From Calcarisporiella thermophila CBS 279.70 (taxonomy: Eukaryota > Fungi > Calcarisporiellomycota): DNA of 64,000 nt. The stretch spans positions 169,376 to 233,375 of the forward strand of contig NW_027192219.1 of NCBI RefSeq assembly GCF_041956535.1, in the 5' to 3' direction. Below the pieces are notes generated by a model, which worked only from the letters and a program-made list of their open reading frames with translations, was not told the DNA's origin and did no database searches. This document shows, piece after piece, positions 56,916 to 64,000 of the stretch; position 1 is the stretch's first letter, and the number at the start of each line of letters is the position of its first letter. The position numbers were made by a program, and so were the translations under genes.

Positions 56916-57653
56916 TTGTTCATAATCACGCTCGTTTCTAGCTGATTGATGTTTGATGGGCTTTTATATCACTTGCCTTTTTTCTCTATCGGATGGATTG
57001 GTGTGTTCACTTGGCTCCCTTGTTTCTCATTTTTTCCTCCCTGCTCTTATCGCCATGCTAATTCTCGTCGGTTTTATTGCGTCTGATATATTTCTATATT
57101 CAACCTCATTTGGCCCCTATTCTGCTCAAAAAAGCGATAATGTGATTGAGGCCAATTAATTATGACGCGAAATATGAAAAAGGGCATAATTTCATATCGA
57201 AACCAGTTCAGCACACAAAACTTTCATATCTCCTCTTTTAGTCAACATGAGGATCAAAAAAAAATTTAAAAATAATAATTGCATTGAGTCCGGAGAGAGA
57301 AGTGGTTAGAGAAAGAACTGCGTATATCTTTACTCCACTCTTTTGTCTCCAACCTTTTTTTTGGTTTTCTCCTCTCCTCCATTCTCCCACACGCATCTTC
57401 TTTTCTTGCCTCCCCTCCCCTTTCTTTATTTCCTCTCAAAGATATCATTTGCATGTCCAATTTACCTCTTCTATCTTATAAATGAGTATCCGCACATAAC
57501 TTTTCTCTCATTGCTACTCATCCATAAATTATTGTTTTTTTATCGTGTTGTGCTTTAATATTTTATATTATTTAAAAAAAAGGAGCTAATTCTCACCCCC
57601 CCCCCCTTCTCCCTTCCCTCCATTCTACTTGTCTGCATTTCTGTAACTGAGGC

Positions 57654-59165
57654 ATGCCATCCAATACTACTCGGCGTTCCGCGCTGTTTCCAGACTTTCT
57701 CCGTCTCGACCTTCCCATTGTTGACACCGGTCTGAAACAGCGTCCCGTCGACTTTCTCTCCCCGTTCCCGCATCACCCTCCCCACTCGCCCTCCATGGAC
57801 TCTCCCTTGCTTAATGATTACCACCACCTCTTAACTGCCATGATGCATCGTCGCCCCTCCATGCCCACCCTGGCGTATCCGAATGATTCTGGCCCCGCAC
57901 TCAGCCCACTGGTGCCCGTTCCGTTTACTGTGCCCACAACCCCGGTAGACGACCTGGACTGCTACTCGCAGGGCGGAGGCATGGGGAGAGAAGGAATAGA
58001 CACGCGTGAGTTGGCGGCTATGTACTTGCGGCTGGGGGCCCGAGAAGGCCTGGAGAGTATCGAGAGGGCCATGGCGGAACTGCGAGGTGAAAAGGAGGAC
58101 GATGCCGAGGACGAAGAGCGAAAAAAGAGCGAGCTGTATCGAACCGAGATGTGCCGCACCTTCGAGGAGAAAGGTTATTGCCCGTAAGTGTCTCGCGCCC
58201 CATCCCCACTGTTCCCGGCGATGCGAGGGTGGAGAGTGTAGTGCAAAATGGCAGAAGATCCTGGATACTTATTTCCACGCTCTCTTAATAGGTACGGGAA
58301 GAAGTGCGAGTACGCGCACTCCGAATCCGAGCTGCGCCCGATCTATCGCCCATGGAACTTCAAGACGAAACCGTGTCGCACCTTCCATGAGAAAGGACAC
58401 TGTCCCTATGGGAAACGCTGCCACTACCGGCATGCTGGAGGACCTGATGAGATTCCGCGAAATGTTATCATTGGACCCCCGCCTCCTACTAGCACCACCC
58501 CAACAACGGCCGCCCCCGGCGCCGTCCTTCCCTCGCTCTCCTCGCCGCTCCCCTTAGCCAGTCCCATTGCTCCTCCCTCGCAGGACGCTTCGGCTGCACA
58601 TGCCACAGCAGCGGCCGCAGCAGCCTTGATGATGAAGCGCCCTGGCATATCCAATTTGGAACCATTTGGAGGATTTGTGCGGCGTGTGTCCGATTCGGGA
58701 CTGGTGGACGGCCCGGTGAGCGCGAGACTGTATCCTTTGGAGACGGCAGCAGTGAATCCCCCATCGCTTGCCATGCCCCGTCGCTCTGCACCCTCCACCG
58801 TACTGGGCGAAGAACTGCAGCGATGGCGCGGAACCCTGGGCAGCCAGCCTATCGCGCCCGTCACCAACGCCTCGGCGTCTCCCTCCGCCCCGTCGAATGG
58901 ATCCGCTCCATCCGTTTTTTCCACCAGCGTCTCGTGGGATGAGACGCGCACCCCCTCGATGACCTCTCGCTCCTCGTCCACTAGTAGCGTGGAGGAGGGC
59001 CAAAAATTCCAGACCGATGAACTGCTGCCAAGAGATCTGGTCGAGCAATTGGGCTGCGCGGCCACCCATGAGATGATGGGAGCCGTGGGCAGTGGCGGAG
59101 CGGGTGAAACGGAGGAGTGGAAGGAGATAAGGAAGAAGTTTGAGAAGTTGGAAATGGAAAAATAG
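57654..59165 (+). CDS. Tis11/TTP-family tandem CCCH zinc-finger RNA-binding protein (Zfs1/Cth-like), one intron
   Basis: LYRTEMCRTFEEKGYCP/YGKKCEYAH...FKTKPCRTFHEKGHCPYGKRCHYRH. Confidence 0.92.
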
Positions 59166-59944
59166 ATTCAGTGGGGAGCCTTCTTGCCTAGCGGGAACCT
59201 TCCTGCTGGCTCCTTCCATGGTGACTCCCCCCTTTTCCTGCTCATTTCCCCTCTGACTCTATCTATATAACGATGACGCTCTTTCCTTTTTTTTTTATAT
59301 ACTATAACATATATTTTTTAATTATATTTCTTCATTATTACTCTCCTTTTTCGTCTTGCTTTCTCTCCTCCCCCTTTTTTTCTACTTATTGGAATTAATG
59401 GTTTCCATATCTATATTTGCGAGTATGTGAGTGAGTATATGTCCGAACATTATGTTCTTTTTCTTATTATTCTTATTATTCTTATTATAATTAATAATAT
59501 AATCATAATAAATTCGAAAAAAAAAACGACATGTCCGGGCGGATGCTGGATCAAGGTTGTGGACGAGTGTGTATTCTCTAAAATAAAAGGAGAAGGAAAC
59601 AAAAACACAATCCACAGTTTAAGGGGGATAGAGAAAGAGCACAGTGTCGAGAAACAAGAGGGTGAAAACGGCCGTCGGCCTTCACCATTCACTTTCACAC
59701 AAAGCAACGCGAACAACGCTCAAGGATAGTGAAGAAAAGATAAGAAAAATTGAAGATGAAATGTTCATACGTAGAGAGAAATAATGAAAACAAAGCGAGA
59801 GTTCTTACCACACAAAGACGAAAGAGAAGAGAAGAGAGAGAGAAAGAAAAGACAGCAGCCAAAATAAAAAGGCGAATAGTGGAGGAAAAAGAAAAAACAT
59901 TGAGAATAAATTATGGATAAAAAGAACGAGAACTCTCTTCGCTA

Positions 59945-60793
59945 TTATACAACATCTTCACCCTCTCCGGGACGCGTTTGAATAATCCGCTCCATCTTCA
60001 GAGCCTGGATGTAGGAAGTAACTGCCCTTATCACTACGAACCAGCCAACCGCAATCATGATGTAGGCTATCGTTGCATTCATGGGTAAATCCATGGCAGC
60101 ACTACTTCCATCATCCAGGCCCGCCGTGGTAGGATCGACGGGGGTTGCGTTCGAGTCCGCGAGGTAATCATCCGTTGGAAGGGGGCGAGTGCGTAAAAGG
60201 AAACCGACCTGGATCAGGGTCAAGCCTAAACCAGCTCTGGAGCCATTCTTTGCGGCGTGGGTGGTGTGAAGCAAGTATGTAAGCATGAAGCCGACAAACT
60301 GGAAGGAAACCGAGACTGAACATAGGAGAAAAGGTCAATATCAACCATCCAATCAAGCTATGAGGGGGAGGGAAAGGGGGGGGAATAGAGCCCCAAGAAA
60401 ACACTTACTCAACATATTCCACAGGAAGGAGAATAGATTCCCCACTGGCATTCCCTCAACGAGGATCTCATCGCTATCAGGCGCGAAAACAGTAGTCTCA
60501 TAATCATAGGGAGGCGTGGCATCCTGTGCAGCAGCTTCATAAGAGGGGGGCAAATCGTCGTCCTTTGCACTCTCTGTGTCGGGTTTAGCGGCGATGTTTG
60601 AGAAGACACCATCCGTGGTGGTTTGAGTTCGGACAGTGTGAGTGGGAGTATGCGTGGGAGTTTGTGCGTGAGGGGGCGGAGGAGATGAAGAGCAGGGCGC
60701 AGGGTTATTTTCTGTGGGAAGAAGGCGGTGATATTCAGTGGAGGGGTGATCATCGTCGTGTTCATTGTGATCAGTTAGAGGATCGACGGACAT
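59945..60793 (-). CDS. BSD2: Bsd2/NDFIP-type Rsp5 adaptor membrane protein, one intron
   Basis: DGVFSNIAAKP, PPSY and PPY motifs, EGMPVGNLFSFLWN, LTYLLHTTHAAKNGSRAGLGLTLIQ. Confidence 0.9.
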
Positions 60794-62113
60794 GGGGTGT
60801 GAAGGCTGCTGTGATGGCGAGGGTGAAATATCGGGATGATGAAGCGGAACATTATTAGCATCATCCTCAGAATTTACCTGAAATTAGGACAGAAAATCAA
60901 TCAATCAACCTTTCCATACTTAAATGCTTATCGCGGACTATACCTTTTGATATTTAGTCATTCCTTAGAAGTCCTGAATAAAAGAAAATCCGTAAACACC
61001 AGGTTTGTATCCGAGAACCGTCAAAAGGCCAAAAGCAACAAAAAGAACGGAGATTAGCGAGCTTGAGAATAGTAATAAAGAAGGGAAAACAAGGGGGAAA
61101 AAATAATAATAATAAAAAAGAGGATAGATTAGAATTGAACGCAGAGCTAGAATTTGCAAAAAATAAAAAATGCTTATAATATTAAAATCACTCTATCCTT
61201 ATGGACCGAGTCACACAGATTCCACATAGACAACCCCTGAGAAAGCGCAGGAGAAATCGGCAGAAATATTCTCTAATAAAGAAATCCTAATTTAATTTAA
61301 ATAGAGCAGGCCGGATGCTTCGTTCCTCTTGATCAGCCTTCTGGGAGGATTCTTGGCATTTCTTTGTAACCTGGCTTCCAATGAACAAACTAATAAATGA
61401 ACTGTGGAAAGAGATGTGTTCCCCTAAATTTCATTGAAGCATTGCGTAGTTTTGCTTGGAGATTTGAGTTCTTTCTTAAGCACCCTCATTGCAAATGAGG
61501 CTTAAGCGATAAATCCTGCTCATGCAGAAAATCGACCGCCTGCGCCGGAAATGCTCAGTAGTCCGAGGCCATTCTCTGCTCGAGATTCCCCAGGGGATGA
61601 GCACGCGAGATGTCAGGGCTGTTGAGCGGTCCATTGCAGAGCAAGCAGAGCCTCGCTTGATTCGGCCAAAGAGGCGAGGCGCTGCTCGATTTCGTCACAG
61701 CCATTGCTTAAACTAAGGTTTGTGAAAATTGTGCTTCGACATTTAAAGAACAGGCACCCTATTCAAACTCAAAGGCGGGATCACAGAGTCTTATTCGCTA
61801 TTGCAAAGCCCTTCTCTTTTTCTTTTTTTTTCCTCGCCCATCATCGCTGATTATCCGATACTTCTTCCCTCGTTCTCCCTAAACTTGCTGCTCGGCCCAT
61901 TCAACAGCTTGACACATCCCGAGTTGAATTGGGGGAGAATTGTGGTGAATAGGCTCATCTGGCTTTAAGGTGACCGCCGCGTGCTCTTCCGGCCGAATGC
62001 GCATCTGCTGACGTGTATTTATGTTTTTAGTAAAGATAGAATTTGGCGAAAGATTGTAATTCAACGCATACCCTATATCTTATTAATTACCCCATCGATC
62101 GTAATAGTCAATA

Positions 62114-63273
62114 ATGGCTAACCGTCGATTTAAGCGAAGGCTCTCTCACCCATCAAATAAGCTTGTTCGCCGGGATGGTCCGCCCGCGCAGGCATCTAAT
62201 CCGGGTGATAAGGATAAGACAACGGCAGGCGGAAATGGACCAGCTGGCGAGGGAAATACTAGTGGAAACGGTGGCAACGGGGCAGGCGGAACCAGCGGGA
62301 CTGGTACGGGAGGAACCGGAGGCCAGGGGAACAACGGAGGGGCTGGCGGGAATGGAGCTGGCGGTGGAGCCGGTGGAAATGGTGGTGGGAATGGCGGAAA
62401 CGGGGGAAATGGCGGGACTGGTGGAACTGGTGCTGGAAACGGCGGGAATGGTGGCGGAAACGGAGGAAATGGAGGAAACGGCGGAACTGGTGGAACTGGC
62501 GCTGGAAATGGAGGAAACGGTGGTGGAAATGGCGGAAATGGAGGAAATGGAGGAAACGGCGGGACTGGTGGAACTGGTGGTGGAAACGGTGGAGGCAATG
62601 GTAACGGGGGAAACGGTGGGAATGGGAATAATGGGCACCCTGGGAATAACGGAGGAAATGGCGGGGCTGGAGAAGGACAACCCGATGGTAATAAAGGAAA
62701 CGGAAACAACGGCAATGGGCAGCACCCACAACAGCAACCACCTCGTAATCCTGATCCCCAAACTTTGACTGTGGTCCGCCCCCCTGAGGCTAGCAAACCC
62801 CCAGCCGGCCCCCAAGCTCAAACTACCCCTCGTCCTCGAAGCACCATTACCTCCACCTTCACTATTCCGTTCGCATCTCAGTCCCCGCAGATCAGCCAGG
62901 ATCCTGGTACAAACTCAGTAACAAATCTCCCACAAATCTCGGCCGCCGCCGGAACTAGTCCCACCCCTCCCCAAGCCGAACCGGAAAACAACCAGCAGTT
63001 CATGGCCGCTGGTATTGCCGTCGGATGTGTGATTGTCGCCGCGGCAATTGGCATCTTTATATTTAGAAAATGGAAGCTATCGGTAAGTCCTTTAATAAGA
63101 AAAGGAGCACCGATGATGTGCATTTCAAATGGATCTTCTCTTCACATCTTTTTTGCTCTATTTAGCCATCACGCAACTTCAGGAACAAAATTAATAATAA
63201 TGAACCCATGTCCTTCCAACCCCGCTCATATCAAACCGACGCTGTCTTCCTCCGCGAACTTCAGGATCCGTAA
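62114..63273 (+). CDS. Gly/Asn-repeat single-pass membrane protein (Mid2-like topology), one intron
   Basis: GGN/GGT repeats, Pro/Thr stalk, TM segment GIAVGCVIVAAAIGIFIF, then RKWKLS spliced to PSRNFRNK...FLRELQDP*. Start codon uncertain. Confidence 0.75.
62230..62720 (+). repeat. Coding minisatellite of GGN-GGN-AAY/ACT units
   Basis: Repeated ggaggaaat/ggcggaaac/ggtggaact units, with a higher-order repeat of GTGGTGAGNGGNGGGNGGNGGNG. Confidence 0.85.
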
Positions 63274-63848
63274 TCGTCTACTATTCTCATGACCCGTTCC
63301 TTTCATGACTAGGAACTGCCCAACTACAGTCTATTATTTCTAACAAATTTGACTATTCACCAAGTTCTATATCCTGGATGCTTTGGCATTCCCATTCTTT
63401 ATAATTCCTTTTTTTTTTCTCTTGCCCTTCCTCTCTATTTCCATTTCTATTTCTATATTTATATTATTTTCCTCTCTAGATAACTAACTTATCCCCCTCT
63501 GTTATACACTACTGATATCTTGATATTTATTCGCTGCCCCTCCTTATTTGTTTTTTCTTATTTCATTTTTTATTAATTGTTTCCTCGATGCTTATCACTT
63601 TAAAAAAATACAAGAGAGTCATTACTAGTTGATTTTTATGCCGAAGATTAACTGTCCAAGAGCACATTAGATGGCTTTAGGTCGATAAGCATCCTGAGCA
63701 AGATTATGTACTGTAATGTGCTTGAAAAATATTAGCCTATTGTCATGAACCGACCCATTTAAATCGAATGTTGCAGTAAAAGTCAGAACTGAAGGAATAT
63801 GGTTCCTAATTTTTGCAGAATTAAAAATTAAAATGTGAATTCAAGATG

Positions 63849-63920
63849 GGGCTCAACCGGGATTTGAACCCGGGACCTCTCCGACCCAAACGGAGAATCA
63901 TACTACTAGACCATTGAGCC
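63849..63920 (-). tRNA. tRNA-Pro (TGG), intronless
   Basis: Reverse complement GGCTCAATGGTCTAGTAGTATGATTCTCCGTTTGGGTCGGAGAGGTCCCGGGTTCAAATCCCGGTTGAGCCC folds as a cloverleaf; anticodon stem CTCCG/CGGAG, loop TTTGGGT. Confidence 0.96.
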
Positions 63921-64000
63921 AATTCGCTGTTAAAATTGAGTCTTTCGACAAGAATAAATATTACTATTTTTTCATCATATTTTTCATTTTTGGCGAAATC

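Noticed and set aside
59166-59520. AU-rich autoregulatory elements in the CCCH gene 3' UTR
   Set aside because: AT-rich, but no clear UAUUUAU clusters; only (CTTATTATT)n-type simple repeats.

Overview
Gene-dense, intron-rich eukaryotic DNA, most likely from an early-diverging fungus (Mucoromycota/Zoopagomycota-like). This is inferred from short GT-AG introns with CTAAC-type branch points and fungal-type Swa2, Kex1, Bsd2 and Phx1 genes next to a full-length DNA polymerase theta, ITFG1 and EAF. About 23 protein-coding genes were reconstructed by eye, plus a tRNA-Pro(TGG): SWA2/auxilin, HBS1, EAF, GLI-like C2H2 TF, TB2/DP1, PH-domain, WEE1, eIF5A, G-beta, fasciclin, KEX1-like, ankyrin-DIL, homeobox TF, RPS17, ITFG1, RRP4, POLQ, a secreted Gly/Pro protein, a small beta-trefoil-like protein, GTR1, a Tis11-type CCCH protein, BSD2 and a Gly/Asn-rich membrane protein. 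No transposon or CRISPR array was seen. The main lead is an unannotated, highly structured ~1 kb non-coding locus (24.4-25.4 kb). It holds a probable H/ACA snoRNA and, on the minus strand, a candidate telomerase RNA with an 11-nt template predicting TTCAGG telomeres, a U/A-rich pseudoknot and an Sm-like site; this is a hypothesis. Other leads are a frame-preserving Ski7-motif cassette exon in HBS1, a Kex1-like protein lacking all three catalytic residues and using 10- and 6-nt microexons, a compact ~40-intron POLQ with an MCB/SCB-rich promoter, and a decayed copy of the GTR1 last exon. Exon boundaries and RNA folds were read manually and need computational confirmation.
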